DNA of 64,000 bases from an uncultured Bacteroidales bacterium (GCA_947589325.1 CANQAM010000003.1:16959-80958), one strand, 5' to 3'. Positions 1-12,995 are shown, counted from the stretch's first letter. Program-made: numbers and translations. The notes: generated by a model from the sequence alone, not told the origin.

Positions 1-42
1 TTCATTCTTGAAAGAGGGGTTCGATTCCCCTATGGGCTACCA
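1..42 (+). tRNA. tRNA-Glu, 3' fragment (window starts inside the anticodon loop); CCA encoded
   Basis: nt 1-39 nearly identical to the 3' half of the complete tRNA-Glu at 375-446. T arm agggg-ttcgatt-cccct, acceptor 3' strand atgggct, discriminator a, then cca. Confidence 0.8.
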
Positions 43-80
43 CAGAAAACATAAAAAATACCAATAAGGAGATTCATTGA

Positions 81-332
81 ATGGCAAATCATCAATCATC
101 AATCAAAAGAATCAGACAGACGCAGGCGAGAAAGCTGCGCAACAGATACTATGCCAAAACGGCTCGCAACGCCGTGCGCAAACTGCGCGCCACGACGGTG
201 AAAGACGAAGCTGCGGCACTCTATCGCCAAGTTGCTTCCATGCTTGACAAGCTGGCAAAGCGCAACATTATCCACAAAAACAAAGCCGGAAACCTCAAAT
301 CGAAACTGGCTTTGCACGTCAATAAACTCTGA
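81..332 (+). CDS. rpsT: 30S ribosomal protein S20
   Basis: 83-aa basic protein [36 protein letters not shown]..., typical S20 N-terminus and size. Confidence 0.93.
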   Translation: MANHQSSIKRIRQTQARKLRNRYYAKTARNAVRKLRATTVKDEAAALYRQVASMLDKLAKRNIIHKNKAGNLKSKLALHVNKL

Positions 333-374
333 TTTGCGCCACGTTGCGCCGTAGCCGCCGAACGCGGCACAGAA

Positions 375-446
375 GGCCCATTCGTCTATCGGCTAGGACG
401 CAAGATTTTCATTCTTGAAAGAAGGGTTCGATTCCCCTATGGGCTA
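375..446 (+). tRNA. tRNA-Glu (anticodon UUC)
   Basis: Cloverleaf read by eye: acceptor ggcccat/atgggct (G1-U72 wobble), D arm gtct-atcggcta-ggac, anticodon arm caaga-ttTTCat-tcttg, T arm aaggg-ttcgatt-cccct (one A-C mismatch). No encoded CCA. Confidence 0.85.
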
Positions 447-614
447 CAAAGCGTTGAGATATAATCTTGACGCTTTTGCTGTTTTACGGTATTCGCTGCT
501 AAATTGCTCGGGCGCAGGGCATGGTACCTGTGTTTTTCACCTTTTTTAATAATAAATATTCTTTACAGCGGCGCAAAAGAGATTAAAAAATTTCTTGCTG
601 GAGAGAAAAATCGT

Positions 615-622
615 TATCTTTG
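615..622 (+). promoter_or_regulatory. Bacteroidetes -7 promoter motif TAnnTTTG (TATCTTTG) upstream of gyrB
   Basis: Exact match to the TAnnTTTG consensus of Bacteroides sigma-AB promoters, in the intergenic region before gyrB. Confidence 0.45.
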
Positions 623-644
623 TCGGGAGGTTTCGGGCGCATGA

Positions 645-2705
<2,061 letters not shown>

Positions 2706-2734
2706 TACGGCGGGTTCACACCCATCGCATACTG

Positions 2735-2767
2735 CAAGCCCGACCGCCGTTTCGACGGTCGGGCTTG
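2735..2767 (+). terminator. Perfect 12-bp stem hairpin (caagcccgaccg / cggtcgggcttg) between gyrB and rnr, no U-tract
   Basis: Inverted repeat read directly, loop ccgtttcga. Followed by acccaaaaatc, so not a canonical intrinsic terminator. Confidence 0.3.
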
Positions 2768-2800
2768 ACCCAAAAATCAACAAGTACAAAAAACGACTTT

Positions 2801-5047
2801 ATGGTGAAACATCGGAAACTTCGTCCGTCGGGAAATAGTCGCAAGCCCTTTGCGGAGCAGATACGCGATATTTTCAACGACAATTTCCGGACTTTTTTCA
2901 ATCATCGGCAGATAGCTCGTAAAATCGGAGCGAAAAACGATATACAGAAAAAAGAGGTGGTCGCCATATTGGAATCGCTTCTCAAAGAGGGATTTCTCGA
3001 ACAGGATTCACCCGGACGCTACCGCCGCAACCTTGCCGATATGGTGCTTGCAGGTACGTTCACCCGCCAGCACGGCCGCCTGCTCGTGCAGCCCGACAAC
3101 GACGGCACACCGCTCTATGTGAGCGAAGCGAATGCCCTCCATGCCCTTCACGGCGACCGCGTGGAATATGCCGCCATTTCGCATGGAAAATATCGGGGCG
3201 AAGCCCGTATTCTCGACGTTGTGGAACGCCGTGGCAAGCAGCAAGTCGTGGGCACGGTCGAAGCTCTCGGCAGAAAAGAATATGCCTTGCGGGTCGATAA
3301 TCGGGCATTCGACAACCGCGTCTATCTGTCGGCAACACACCTTCATGGGGCAAAAGCCGGCGAAAAAGTCGTCGCCCGACTGCTCGACTGGGTGATATAC
3401 GACGACAGCCCGACGGGCGAGGTCGTGGAGATATTGGGTGCCAGCGGCGAAAACGACACCGAGATGCACGCCATTCTCGCCGAATTCGGTTTGCCTACCC
3501 GCTATCCGGAGGAGTTGGAAAAAGAAGCCGACAAAATCGACGACAAAATATCCGCCGAAGAAATTGCCCGCCGTGAGGATTTCCGCAACGTAACGACCTT
3601 TACGATAGACCCCTACGATGCCAAAGACTTCGACGACGCCCTTTCGCTGCGTCCGCTTTCGGAGAATCGTTGGGAGATAGGCGTGCATATTGCCGACGTA
3701 ACGCATTACATCAAGCCCGGCACCCCTATCGACCGCGAAGCCTATCGGCGCGGCACGTCGGTCTATTTGGTCGATCGCACCGTGCCCATGCTACCCGAAC
3801 GGTTGTGCAACGGCATTTGTTCCCTCCGTCCGCAGGAAGACAAACTTTGCTTTTCGGTTGTATTTGAAATGGACGCCGACGCCAATGTGCTCGCTTCGCG
3901 CATCGTCCGCACGGTTATCCGCTCCGACCGCCGTTTCACCTACGAGGAGGCGCAGGAAATCATCGAAACCGGCACGGGCGACTGTGCCGAACAGATAACG
4001 ACGCTCAACCGCCTTGCCGTCATTCTCCGCCGCCGTCGCTTTGAAAAAGGCGCTATCGATTTCGACCGGCAGGAAATGAAATTCATCATCGACGAAAAAG
4101 GTCGCCCCGTCGGCATATTCAACAAAGTTTCCGAAGACGCCCACAAGCTCATCGAGGAGTTTATGCTGCTGGCGAACCGCACTGTCGCCGAGCGGATAGG
4201 CAAGGTGCAGAAACGCGAAACGCCCAAGCCTTTCGTCTATCGGGTGCACGACAACCCCGACCCCGAAAAGATGACCGAGCTTTCGACTTTTGTGCGCCGG
4301 CTGGGGCTTACCCTGCAACCCGCCGGCACCCGTGCCGAAGTAGCCGATTCCATCAACAGTATGTTGAAGCACGTACACGGAGCGCCCGAAGAAAACCTTG
4401 TTTCGATGCTCACCATACGCACTATGGCGAAAGCCGTATATACGACCCGGAACATCGGGCACTACGGACTGGCGTTCGACTACTATACGCACTTCACCTC
4501 GCCCATACGGCGATACCCCGACATGATGGTGCACCGTCTGCTCGAACGTTATCTCATCGACAATGGGCGCGCCGTCGATGCCGACGAACTCGAAGACCGC
4601 TGCGTACACGCTTCCGATATGGAGCAGCTTGCCGCCAACGCCGAGCGCGCGTCGATAAAATACAAACAGGCCGAATACCTTTCCGAGCGATTGGGACAGG
4701 CTTTCGACGGCACCATATCGGGCATTTCTGAGCGCGGCATTTTCGTCGAAATCGACGAAAACAAGTGCGAAGGATTCATATCCGTGCGGGATTTGGACGA
4801 CGATTATTACACTTTCGATGAGGCGAGCTATTGTCTTTGCGGACGGCGCAGCCGCCGCATCTACCGGCTCGGCGACCCCATGCGCATCATTATCGCCAAG
4901 GTCGATATCGAGCGGCGGCAAATCGACTTCGTCCCCGAAGAAAGAGGTTTGGCGCCCGCCCGCGCTGCCGCACCGAACAGAGGCAAACGCATTTTGTCTC
5001 CCAAAGAGTTCGGACTGCGGAAAGCCAAGAAAAAACACCGTTTATAA
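2801..5047 (+). CDS. rnr: Ribonuclease R (RNase II/R family 3'-5' exoribonuclease)
   Basis: RNB catalytic motif [27 protein letters not shown]-terminal S1 domain ([26 protein letters not shown]) and basic tail. Start trimmed to ATG 2801 (MVKHRKL); the upstream part of the track ORF overlaps the gyrB 3' end. Confidence 0.92.
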   Translation: MVKHRKLRPSGNSRKPFAEQIRDIFNDNFRTFFNHRQIARKIGAKNDIQKKEVVAILESLLKEGFLEQDSPGRYRRNLADMVLAGTFTRQHGRLLVQPDNDGTPLYVSEANALHALHGDRVEYAAISHGKYRGEARILDVVERRGKQQVVGTVEALGRKEYALRVDNRAFDNRVYLSATHLHGAKAGEKVVARLLDWVIYDDSPTGEVVEILGASGENDTEMHAILAEFGLPTRYPEELEKEADKIDDKISAEEIARREDFRNVTTFTIDPYDAKDFDDALSLRPLSENRWEIGVHIADVTHYIKPGTPIDREAYRRGTSVYLVDRTVPMLPERLCNGICSLRPQEDKLCFSVVFEMDADANVLASRIVRTVIRSDRRFTYEEAQEIIETGTGDCAEQITTLNRLAVILRRRRFEKGAIDFDRQEMKFIIDEKGRPVGIFNKVSEDAHKLIEEFMLLANRTVAERIGKVQKRETPKPFVYRVHDNPDPEKMTELSTFVRRLGLTLQPAGTRAEVADSINSMLKHVHGAPEENLVSMLTIRTMAKAVYTTRNIGHYGLAFDYYTHFTSPIRRYPDMMVHRLLERYLIDNGRAVDADELEDRCVHASDMEQLAANAERASIKYKQAEYLSERLGQAFDGTISGISERGIFVEIDENKCEGFISVRDLDDDYYTFDEASYCLCGRRSRRIYRLGDPMRIIIAKVDIERRQIDFVPEERGLAPARAAAPNRGKRILSPKEFGLRKAKKKHRL

Positions 5048-5060
5048 AATCTACCGCATT

Positions 5061-6917
5061 ATGGCAGAAGATATATTGCAGCAACCTACGGAATACGGCT
5101 CCGACAGCATACGCACCCTCGAATGGAACGAGCACATACGTCTGCGTCCGGGCATGTACATCGGCAAGCTGGGCGACGGCTCCCATGCCGACGACGGTAT
5201 TTATGTACTCTTGAAAGAAGTCATCGACAATACGATCGATGAGTTTACGATGGGATACGGCAAGCAGGTCATCGTCGAGATAGAAGACGGGCGCGTTTCC
5301 GTGCGCGACTTCGGACGCGGCATACCCCTCGACAAAGTGGTCGATGCCTCCTCCAAAATGAATACGGGAGCGAAGTACGACTCCAAAACCTTCAAAAAAT
5401 CGGTCGGACTGAATGGTGTCGGTATCAAAGCCGTCAATGCCCTTTCTACCGAATTTACCATACAGTCGTTCCGCGACGGTACCAGTAAAAAGGTAACTTA
5501 TTCCTGCGGCGTCATTACCTCCGAGAGCGGGCTCGAACCCACCGAACAGGAAAACGGCACGTGGGTGTCGTTCCGTCCCGACGCCTCCCTCTTTGTCGAT
5601 TATGCCTATCGCGACGAGTTTGTCGTGGCGCTGCTCAAAAACTACACCTATCTCAATACCGGTCTTACTTTCGTGTACAACGGCGTGCGCTACACCTCCA
5701 AAAACGGACTGGTCGATTTGCTCAACGAGAAAATGACCTCTACGCCGCTCTATCCCCTGATACACCTTAAAGGCGACGACATCGAAGTGGTCATCACCCA
5801 CAACGACCAGTACGGCGAGGAATTTTATTCGTTCGTCAACGGACAGCACACCATACTCGGCGGTACGCATCTGTCGGCATTCCGCGAAGCCGTGCCCCGT
5901 ACCATCAAGGAGTTTTTCTCCAAAAACTTTGAATATACCGACATACGCAACGGCATGGTCGCCGCTATCAGCATCAAGATAGAAGAACCCACTTTCGAGT
6001 CGCAGACCAAAACCAAACTCGGTTCCCGCGACATGGGGCCGGAAGGTCCGACCATCAATAAATTCGTCAATGACTTTATTAAAAAAGAGTTGGATAATTA
6101 CCTGCATCGCAACAGCGAAACCAAAGATATTCTGCTCAAAAAAATACAGGATTCCGAGAGAGAGCGCAAAGCGATAGCCGGCGTGTCGAAAGTGGCGCGC
6201 GAGCGGGCGAAAAAAGCCAATATGCACAACCGGAAATTGCAGGACTGCCGCATACACTACAACGACCCCAAAGGTGATTTGCGCGACGATACCTGCATTT
6301 TCATTACGGAGGGCGACTCGGCTTCCGGCTCCATAGGCAAAAGCCGCAATGCCGATACGCAGGCGATTTTCAGCCTGCGAGGCAAGCCGTTGAACAGCTA
6401 CGGACAGACGCGCGAAGTCGTTTACGAAAACGAGGAGTTCAATCTCCTGCAAGCCGCCCTCAACATCGAAGAGGGTATCGAAGGGCTGCGTTACAACAAA
6501 GTAATCATCGCTACCGATGCCGACGACGACGGTATGCACATACGTCTGCTCGTACTCACATTTCTGCTTCAATTCTTTCCCGACCTTATCAAGAAAGGAC
6601 ACGTCTATATTCTCGAAACGCCGCTGTTCCGCGTGCGCGACAAGAAAGAGACGCGATACTGCTATACCGACCAAGAGCGCATCGACGCGATTCGCTACTT
6701 CGGCGAAAATGCCGAGATAACCCGCTTCAAGGGATTGGGTGAGATATCGCCCGACGAATTTAAGGAGTTTATCGGCGAAGACATACGGCTCAGCCCCGTA
6801 AACCTGCGCAAAGAAGACTCCGTCAGGGAGCTGCTCGAATTTTATATGGGCAAAAACACGATGGAGCGTCAAAATTTCATTATTGAAAATCTGATTGTCG
6901 ATGACGAAGACCTCTGA
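5061..6917 (+). CDS. parE: DNA topoisomerase IV subunit B (type IIA topoisomerase B subunit paralog)
   Basis: GHKL/Toprim motifs ([39 protein letters not shown]). Shorter than GyrB (618 aa). Start trimmed to ATG 5061 ([22 protein letters not shown]). Confidence 0.88.
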   Translation: MAEDILQQPTEYGSDSIRTLEWNEHIRLRPGMYIGKLGDGSHADDGIYVLLKEVIDNTIDEFTMGYGKQVIVEIEDGRVSVRDFGRGIPLDKVVDASSKMNTGAKYDSKTFKKSVGLNGVGIKAVNALSTEFTIQSFRDGTSKKVTYSCGVITSESGLEPTEQENGTWVSFRPDASLFVDYAYRDEFVVALLKNYTYLNTGLTFVYNGVRYTSKNGLVDLLNEKMTSTPLYPLIHLKGDDIEVVITHNDQYGEEFYSFVNGQHTILGGTHLSAFREAVPRTIKEFFSKNFEYTDIRNGMVAAISIKIEEPTFESQTKTKLGSRDMGPEGPTINKFVNDFIKKELDNYLHRNSETKDILLKKIQDSERERKAIAGVSKVARERAKKANMHNRKLQDCRIHYNDPKGDLRDDTCIFITEGDSASGSIGKSRNADTQAIFSLRGKPLNSYGQTREVVYENEEFNLLQAALNIEEGIEGLRYNKVIIATDADDDGMHIRLLVLTFLLQFFPDLIKKGHVYILETPLFRVRDKKETRYCYTDQERIDAIRYFGENAEITRFKGLGEISPDEFKEFIGEDIRLSPVNLRKEDSVRELLEFYMGKNTMERQNFIIENLIVDDEDL

Positions 6918-7377
6918 AAAAATCGTATTCTTTCCGGGCTCTTTCGACCCCTTTACGCTCGGACACCTTTCGGTGGTGCGGCGCGCGCTGTCGCTGTTCG
7001 ACAAAATAGTCGTCGCTGTCGGCGTCAATGAAAACAAACACTGCCTTTATACCCCGCAGCAGCGGGAGGCGATGCTGCGGCAGCTTTTTGCGGAGGAACC
7101 TCGCGTGGAAGTTTCCGTCTATGACGGTCTCACGGTGGACGCCGCCAAGAAGTGCGGCGCAACCGCCATTTTGCGCGGTGTACGCTCGATAGCCGATTTC
7201 GAGTACGAAAAAAACATCGCCGACCTCAATCGCGATTTATCGGGCGTTGAAACGGTATTGCTGTTTACGGAACCGGCATACGCTCATATTACATCGACCG
7301 CCGTGCGGGAGTTGATACGTTACGGACAACCCGTCGGTCGATTCGTTCCTGAAAAATTACAACTTCCTGTTTTATAG
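6901..7377 (+). CDS. coaD: Phosphopantetheine adenylyltransferase
   Basis: [16 protein letters not shown] nucleotidyltransferase (T/H)xGH motif, ~158 aa. ATG at 6901 (track start 6895 is TTG). Overlaps the parE stop. Confidence 0.9.
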   Translation: MTKTSEKIVFFPGSFDPFTLGHLSVVRRALSLFDKIVVAVGVNENKHCLYTPQQREAMLRQLFAEEPRVEVSVYDGLTVDAAKKCGATAILRGVRSIADFEYEKNIADLNRDLSGVETVLLFTEPAYAHITSTAVRELIRYGQPVGRFVPEKLQLPVL

Positions 7378-7384
7378 AACGATT

Positions 7385-9022
7385 ATGAAAAGAACAATTT
7401 TGATTCTGTGTTTGTCGTTTTGCATTCCGTGTCTGTTTGCACAAACGAAAGGAGAATCGGAAAAAGAGAATACCTCGCAGCCGGCTGCCAAATTCAATCC
7501 GTTGAACAAGGTGGGCATGGTGGCGATGTACATTTCCCGATTCTACGTCGATGTGCTGAATGAAAACGAAATAGCCGAGGAGACGATAGCCACCATGTTG
7601 AAACAGCTCGATCCGCATTCGACCTATCTGCCTCCGAAAGAAGCCCGGCAGACGCAGGAAAATCTTTCCGGAAAATTCGATGGAATAGGCATACAGCTCA
7701 ATATGCTTAACGATACGCTTTACGTGGTGCAGACCGTCGTGGGCGGGCCCTCCGAGAAAGCCGGCATTTTACCGGGCGACCGCATCGTATCGGTCGATAC
7801 GGCGATCGTTGCAGGGAAACATCTCGATGTGGGCGAAATCGGCGCTATGTTGCGCGGCAAGCGCGGCAGCAAGGTGAAAGTGGGAATCTCCCGACGGGGC
7901 GTTCCCGACCTTGTCTATTTTACCGTTACGCGCGATAAAATTCCGGTATACAGCATCGATGCCACCTATATGATTGACGATACCACCGGCTACATACGGT
8001 TGAGCCGCTTTGCCGAAAGCAGTGCCGACGAAGTGGAAAAAGCGGTAAAGTCGCTTCGGAAAAACGGTATGAAAAACCTGATACTCGACCTCCAACAGAA
8101 TGGCGGAGGTTATCTGAATGTTGCCGTGAAAATTGCCGATATGTTCCTCGATAACGACCAGCTCATCGTCTATACCGAAGGTCGCAATATGCGCCGTGCC
8201 GAAGAGCGCGCCACGTCGAATACGCTTTTTCCCGACGGTCGTGTGGTGGTCTTGGTCGATGAATCGTCGGCTTCGGCAAGCGAAATCGTAGCCGGAGCGT
8301 TGCAGGATTGGGACCGTGGTGTCGTCGTAGGGCGCCGCACTTTCGGAAAAGGTCTGGTACAGCGCCCGATACCGTTCCCCGACAATTCGCTGCTGCGTCT
8401 TACCGTAGCCCGTTACCATACGCCGACAGGTCGCTGCATACAACGCCCTTACGTCAAAGGAGAGGTAGATGATTACGAAAAAGACCTCATGGAACGTCTG
8501 CATAGCGGCGAACTGCTTTACGCCGACAGCGCCCATTTTGTCGATTCCCTGCAATACCGCACGTTGAAAAACAACCGCGTCGTTTACGGAGGCGGAGGCA
8601 TCATGCCCGACTGCTTTGTGGGTATAGACACGACGCTGGTTACTCCCTATCATCAGAAATTGATGCGGTCGGGGCTTATCAATCGGTGCGCTTATCTCTA
8701 TCTCGACACTCATCGGAAAGAGATAGCCTCCAAGTATCGGAAGTCGTCGAAGTTCATCGATGAATACCAAGTCGATGCCCGATTGCTCGACCAACTCGAA
8801 AAGGCCGCGGAAGAGGAGGGCATTGTTCCTGCCAATGCTGCCGAGAGAGATGTTTCTTTTCCGCTCATTGCCGTGCAGCTCAAAGCCTTGCTGGCGCGCG
8901 ACATTTACGATGCGGCGGTGTATTATCGCATATACAATTCGGCAAATACGATTTACCTGAAAGGTATAGACGTTATCCGCTCCGGCGAATACGACGAGTT
9001 GTTGAAATCTTCGGCGGAGTGA
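7385..9022 (+). CDS. S41 family C-terminal processing (tail-specific) peptidase with PDZ domain
   Basis: Signal peptide, PDZ-like GILPGDRIVSVD, S41 Ser/Lys dyad context VVLVDESSASASEIVAGALQD ... GRRTFGKGLVQ. Confidence 0.88.
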   Translation: MKRTILILCLSFCIPCLFAQTKGESEKENTSQPAAKFNPLNKVGMVAMYISRFYVDVLNENEIAEETIATMLKQLDPHSTYLPPKEARQTQENLSGKFDGIGIQLNMLNDTLYVVQTVVGGPSEKAGILPGDRIVSVDTAIVAGKHLDVGEIGAMLRGKRGSKVKVGISRRGVPDLVYFTVTRDKIPVYSIDATYMIDDTTGYIRLSRFAESSADEVEKAVKSLRKNGMKNLILDLQQNGGGYLNVAVKIADMFLDNDQLIVYTEGRNMRRAEERATSNTLFPDGRVVVLVDESSASASEIVAGALQDWDRGVVVGRRTFGKGLVQRPIPFPDNSLLRLTVARYHTPTGRCIQRPYVKGEVDDYEKDLMERLHSGELLYADSAHFVDSLQYRTLKNNRVVYGGGGIMPDCFVGIDTTLVTPYHQKLMRSGLINRCAYLYLDTHRKEIASKYRKSSKFIDEYQVDARLLDQLEKAAEEEGIVPANAAERDVSFPLIAVQLKALLARDIYDAAVYYRIYNSANTIYLKGIDVIRSGEYDELLKSSAE

Positions 9023-9048
9023 TAGATAATATATATGGTATAGATACT

Positions 9049-9080
9049 AAAAATGCGCTTCTTTTCAGAAGCGCATTTTT
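9049..9080. terminator. Bidirectional rho-independent terminator between the S41 peptidase gene and hup
   Basis: aaaaatgcgcttc-tttc-agaagcgcattttt: GC-containing stem flanked by an A-run and a T-run. Confidence 0.7.
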
Positions 9081-9103
9081 AATTTCCGAAATTACGGTAA
9101 ATA

Positions 9104-9376
9104 TTATTTTACTTTGTCTGCCAATTCAGCACCGGCTTTGAATTTAACGACTTTCTTTGCAGGAATGGTAATCGTTTGTTTGGTGGCAGGATTGATACCG
9201 GTTCTTGCACTTTTCTTGTTTACGGAGAAAGTTCCGAAACCAATCAACGCGATTTTTCCACCTTTTGCCAATTCCTCGGAAACAGTGGCTACGAAAGCAT
9301 CGAGAGCTTTTTTTGCATCGGTTTTTGCCAAGCCGGCTTTTGCTGCAACGGCAGCGATCAAATCAGTTTTGTTCAT
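9104..9376 (-). CDS. hup: HU family DNA-binding protein
   Basis: MNKTDLIAAVAAKAGLAKTDAKKALDAFV...GFGTFSVNKKSARTGINPATKQTITIPAKKVVKFKAG: canonical HU/IHF fold sequence, 90 aa. Start trimmed to MNKTDL. Confidence 0.93.
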   Translation of the reverse strand: MNKTDLIAAVAAKAGLAKTDAKKALDAFVATVSEELAKGGKIALIGFGTFSVNKKSARTGINPATKQTITIPAKKVVKFKAGAELADKVK

Positions 9377-9434
9377 GACTTTAAGTATTAGTATTAAATA
9401 TTGGTTATTTAAGAGTTTCAACGCTAAACTGTTG

Positions 9435-9442
9435 CAAATGTA
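9435..9442 (-). promoter_or_regulatory. -7 promoter motif (TACATTTG on minus strand) upstream of hup
   Basis: Plus-strand caaatgta is the reverse complement of TAnnTTTG. Lies ~60 nt upstream of the hup ATG. Confidence 0.4.
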
Positions 9443-9547
9443 TTATTAAAAATCAAACAAACAAAGAATTGAGTAAAAAATTTGCTTTTTTGCCATTATT
9501 TTTTTCATTCAGAGTTGTTTTTATCTTTATAGAAGAGAAATATTCTC

Positions 9548-9555
9548 TATTTTTG
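9548..9555 (+). promoter_or_regulatory. -7 promoter motif TATTTTTG upstream of the rhomboid genes
   Basis: Exact TAnnTTTG match 36 nt upstream of ATG 9591. Confidence 0.45.
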
Positions 9556-9590
9556 CAAAGTCAATAAGTATAATCTGTTGCAATTTTGTT

Positions 9591-10295
9591 ATGTTTCAAG
9601 AACGAAGAAATTTCCTCGATACGATTCCTCCGGTTACTAAAAATCTGATTATCATTAATCTGTTGGTATGGCTGGCGACAATCGTTCTCAAAAAATCGTT
9701 GCAAATCGATTTGGTCGATTATCTCGGGCTGCACTATGTACGAGCTGAAGGCTTCAATGCCGTGCAATTCGTAACCTATATGTTCCTGCACGACCCGACC
9801 TCCTTCGCCCACGTGTTTTTCAATATGTTCTCGGTCTATATGTTCGGCCGTACCATCGAGGCGTTGTGGGGCAGCCAACGATTTCTCTTTTTCTACATGA
9901 CGACGGGCATAGGCGCCGGACTGGTGCAGGAGCTTACATGGTATCTTGCGTTGGGCGATGCCATTGCCCATACGGAAGCGGTAATCGGGTGGGAGCAGAC
10001 GAGCCTTATGCTCAACAACGTCATCACTATCGGGGCATCGGGCGCCGTATTCGGTATATTATTGGCGTTCGGCATGATGTTCCCGAATGCCGAGCTTTTC
10101 CTCATGTTCGTGCCCGTTCCCATCAAGGCGAAATATTTTGTCATCGGCTACGGCGTCATAGAGCTGCTTATGGGCATACGCAGCAGCAGCGGCGACAACG
10201 TTGCCCACTTTGCCCACTTGGGCGGTATGCTGTTCGGGCTTATCCTTATTCTTTATTGGCGTAAAAAAGGAAACGGAAGTCATGGAATTTTTTAA
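9591..10295 (+). CDS. Rhomboid family intramembrane serine protease
   Basis: Polytopic membrane protein with the rhomboid catalytic pair context GASGAVFGILLAFG (Ser) and HFAHLGGMLFG (His). Confidence 0.85.
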   Translation: MFQERRNFLDTIPPVTKNLIIINLLVWLATIVLKKSLQIDLVDYLGLHYVRAEGFNAVQFVTYMFLHDPTSFAHVFFNMFSVYMFGRTIEALWGSQRFLFFYMTTGIGAGLVQELTWYLALGDAIAHTEAVIGWEQTSLMLNNVITIGASGAVFGILLAFGMMFPNAELFLMFVPVPIKAKYFVIGYGVIELLMGIRSSSGDNVAHFAHLGGMLFGLILILYWRKKGNGSHGIF

Positions 10296-11154
10296 GGAGC
10301 TTCGCCAAAAGTATGCCGCAGGCACATTGCCGGTGAAATTCATTTTCATCAATGTGGCGCTGTTTCTGGTCGTGCGTATCGTCGAAGTGATATGCACGCT
10401 CTTCGACCTCGATTTTTCCCTTGTGCCGTATCTCGAACTGCCGTCCGACCTGACGCTGCTTTTCTATCGCCCCTATACGGTGGTGAGCTATATGTTTTTC
10501 CAATACGGGCTGCTGCATCTCCTTTTCAATATGCTGTGGCTCTATTGGTTCGGGCAGCTGTTTTTGCGCTTCTTCAATGCCAAGCAGTTCGGCGGGCTTT
10601 ATTTTCTCGGCGGATTCGGTGGGGCGGCGCTCTATTTGGCTGTCTACAATCTGCTGCCCTATTTCATCGGCAAAGAGAGTATGCTGCTCGGTGCGTCGGC
10701 AGCCGTGCTGGCAATCGTATTCGCCGTGTCGGTATATGCTCCCGATTACAAAATACGTCTTTTCCTTGTAGGAGACATATCGTTGAAATACATCGCGTTG
10801 ATAACCGTCGTTCTCGATTTGTTGAGCGTAACCTCCCTGAATGCGGGCGGGCACGCCGCCCATATCGGCGGGGCATTGACGGGGTGGCTGTTTGCCGCCC
10901 GCTGGCGCAGCGGAAAGGATATCACGCGCGGCATCAACCGCTTTATCGACTATCTCGCCCCGTTGTTCCGTCCGCGTCGCAAGAAAGTGCAGTCGGCCTC
11001 TTTCCGCCGTCCGCTCAACGATGAGGAGTACCGTCGGCAGCGGCAGGAGAATATCACGGAGATAGACCGCATTCTCGACAAAATAAGACAGTCGGGTTAC
11101 GAAGCCCTCACCGCCGAAGAAAAGAAACGCCTTTTCGAAGCGGGTAAAAAATGA
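10282..11154 (+). CDS. Rhomboid family intramembrane serine protease (second paralog) with charged C-terminal tail
   Basis: GASAAVLAIVFA and HIGGALTGWLF motifs. Start trimmed to ATG 10282 (MEFFKELRQKY), overlapping the upstream stop by 14 nt. Confidence 0.8.
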   Translation: MEFFKELRQKYAAGTLPVKFIFINVALFLVVRIVEVICTLFDLDFSLVPYLELPSDLTLLFYRPYTVVSYMFFQYGLLHLLFNMLWLYWFGQLFLRFFNAKQFGGLYFLGGFGGAALYLAVYNLLPYFIGKESMLLGASAAVLAIVFAVSVYAPDYKIRLFLVGDISLKYIALITVVLDLLSVTSLNAGGHAAHIGGALTGWLFAARWRSGKDITRGINRFIDYLAPLFRPRRKKVQSASFRRPLNDEEYRRQRQENITEIDRILDKIRQSGYEALTAEEKKRLFEAGKK

Positions 11155-11160
11155 TTTCGC

Positions 11161-12231
11161 ATGAATTTCCTGACGAAGACATATCGAGTTTTGCTGTTGG
11201 GCGTGCATGGCATCGCAGGAGCGTTATTGCTTTTCTCGGCATACGCTTATCTGATACCGCCTGACCGATGGAGTCTTCCGCTGTTTTTTGCCCTGTCATT
11301 TCCTGTGTTCTTTTTCGTGGAATGGGGCTTGGTGCTGCTGCATCTGTTCCTCCCGCCGCGCAAGTATATCGTGTTGCCGATTCTTTTCCTACTGCTTGTG
11401 TTCCCGGCTGCCCGCAATTACTTTCCGATACATACCTCCGGCGCGAATAATGGAGAGCCGGAGCTTACGATTATTTCATATAATGTACTGCAATTCGAAC
11501 GGGCGCGCGAAATAACCAAAGCCAATCCCATACTCCGGCTGTTGCAGGAGAGCGGCGCCGATATCGTCTGCATGCAGGAATATCCGGCGTTGGGTGCCGA
11601 TGCACAAAAAAAATTCGGGAAAATTCTTTCGCGCTATCCCTATAAATATATATCGGAGGGGTTGGCTTGTTATTCCGTATATCCGATTGTCAAAGCCGAA
11701 CCTATCCGGTTTGCCGGCAGCGACAACGGCGCATGCCTTTACCGGCTCGATGTCGGAGGACGGAAACTCTCGCTTCTCAATTGCCATTTGGAGTCGAACA
11801 AACTTGAAAAGTCGGACAAAGAACTGTACATAAATATGGCAAAGCACCCGACGCACACCGACGAACTGCTGCCGCAAGCTAAGGAGCGGCTTCTGCGCAA
11901 AGTCGCCCGTTCGTCGGCAGCCCGAGCCCTCCAAGCCCGCATGCTGCGGGATATTATCGACCGTCTTACGGGGGCGGTGATTGTATGCGGCGATTTCAAT
12001 GACACAGCGCAGTCGTATGCCTACCACACGGTACGCGGCGACTTCGGCGATGCCTATGCCGCTACGGCTTTCGGTCCCGATATTACATATAATGCCTCCG
12101 GACTTTGGTTCCGTATAGACCATATACTCTACAACGACAGCTTCCATGCGCTCGATGTCCGTATCATTCACGAACGTTATTCCGACCATTATCCTATCGT
12201 CGCCACGCTGCAATGGAATGCGGACGATTAA
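11161..12231 (+). CDS. Endonuclease/exonuclease/phosphatase (EEP) family protein with N-terminal TM segments
   Basis: N-terminal hydrophobic helices, then EEP-like blocks (LTIISYNVLQF, DIVCMQEY, VIVCGDFNDT, SDHYPIVATL). Confidence 0.75.
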   Translation: MNFLTKTYRVLLLGVHGIAGALLLFSAYAYLIPPDRWSLPLFFALSFPVFFFVEWGLVLLHLFLPPRKYIVLPILFLLLVFPAARNYFPIHTSGANNGEPELTIISYNVLQFERAREITKANPILRLLQESGADIVCMQEYPALGADAQKKFGKILSRYPYKYISEGLACYSVYPIVKAEPIRFAGSDNGACLYRLDVGGRKLSLLNCHLESNKLEKSDKELYINMAKHPTHTDELLPQAKERLLRKVARSSAARALQARMLRDIIDRLTGAVIVCGDFNDTAQSYAYHTVRGDFGDAYAATAFGPDITYNASGLWFRIDHILYNDSFHALDVRIIHERYSDHYPIVATLQWNADD

Positions 12232-12332
12232 CGAAATTTTCTCTGAATATTTGCATACTCCGACACATTACATTAATTTTGTATCGGAATTTCGATAGGG
12301 AATATTTATACACTAATAAAATCTCAAATCTT

Positions 12333-12995
12333 ATGTGGTTATTAAACTCCTCGATTGGAAAAAAGGTGGTGATGAGTATCACCGGTCTTTTTCTTATCCT
12401 GTTCCTGACTTTTCACATGTCGATGAATGTGGTCGCTATTTTCTCGGGCGAGGCTTACAACATGATATGTGAATTTTTGGGAGCGAACTGGTATGCTTTG
12501 GTCGGTACGCTTGTCATAGCCGCCGGCGCCGTACTGCATATCCTGTATGCTTTCTGGCTGACCTATATCAACCGCCGCGCGCGCGGAAACGACCGTTACA
12601 AAGTGGTCGATAAGCCGCAAGGCGTGGAATGGGCTTCGCAGAATATGCTCGTGCTGGGTATTATCATTGCGTTGGGCTTGCTGTTGCACTTGTATGATTT
12701 TTGGTTCAAGATGCAGTTCAACGAAATTACCGGCATACTGCCCGACGTAAATCCGCACGACGGATACGGATTGATAGCGGAGAAGTTAGCCAACCCCGCC
12801 ATTGCCGTTGCTTATCTGGTATGGTTCGTAGCTATCTGGTTCCACCTGACGCACGGATTTTGGAGTGCGTTGCAGACACTGGGCTGGAACAATAAAATAT
12901 GGCTCTCCCGTTGGAAATGTATTTCCTGCATCTATACGACAGTCATCTGTCTCGGATTTGCTGCGGTAGCCATCTACTTCGGTTTCATAGCATAA
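12333..12995 (+). CDS. frdC: Succinate dehydrogenase/fumarate reductase cytochrome b subunit
   Basis: Hydrophobic 5-TM protein directly upstream of the flavoprotein and Fe-S subunits. Start trimmed to ATG 12333 (MWLLNSSIGKKVVMSITGLFLILFL). Confidence 0.85.
   Translation: MWLLNSSIGKKVVMSITGLFLILFLTFHMSMNVVAIFSGEAYNMICEFLGANWYALVGTLVIAAGAVLHILYAFWLTYINRRARGNDRYKVVDKPQGVEWASQNMLVLGIIIALGLLLHLYDFWFKMQFNEITGILPDVNPHDGYGLIAEKLANPAIAVAYLVWFVAIWFHLTHGFWSALQTLGWNNKIWLSRWKCISCIYTTVICLGFAAVAIYFGFIA

Noticed and set aside
1-446. tRNA-Glu direct repeats as att sites of an island carrying rpsT
   Set aside because: The intervening gene is a core ribosomal protein gene with host-like composition, and there is no recombinase. 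This is more simply a tandem tRNA-Glu arrangement.
4890-7037. 715-aa minus-strand ORF opposite parE/coaD
   Set aside because: It has the same antisense-shadow character. The plus strand carries complete ParE and CoaD motifs.
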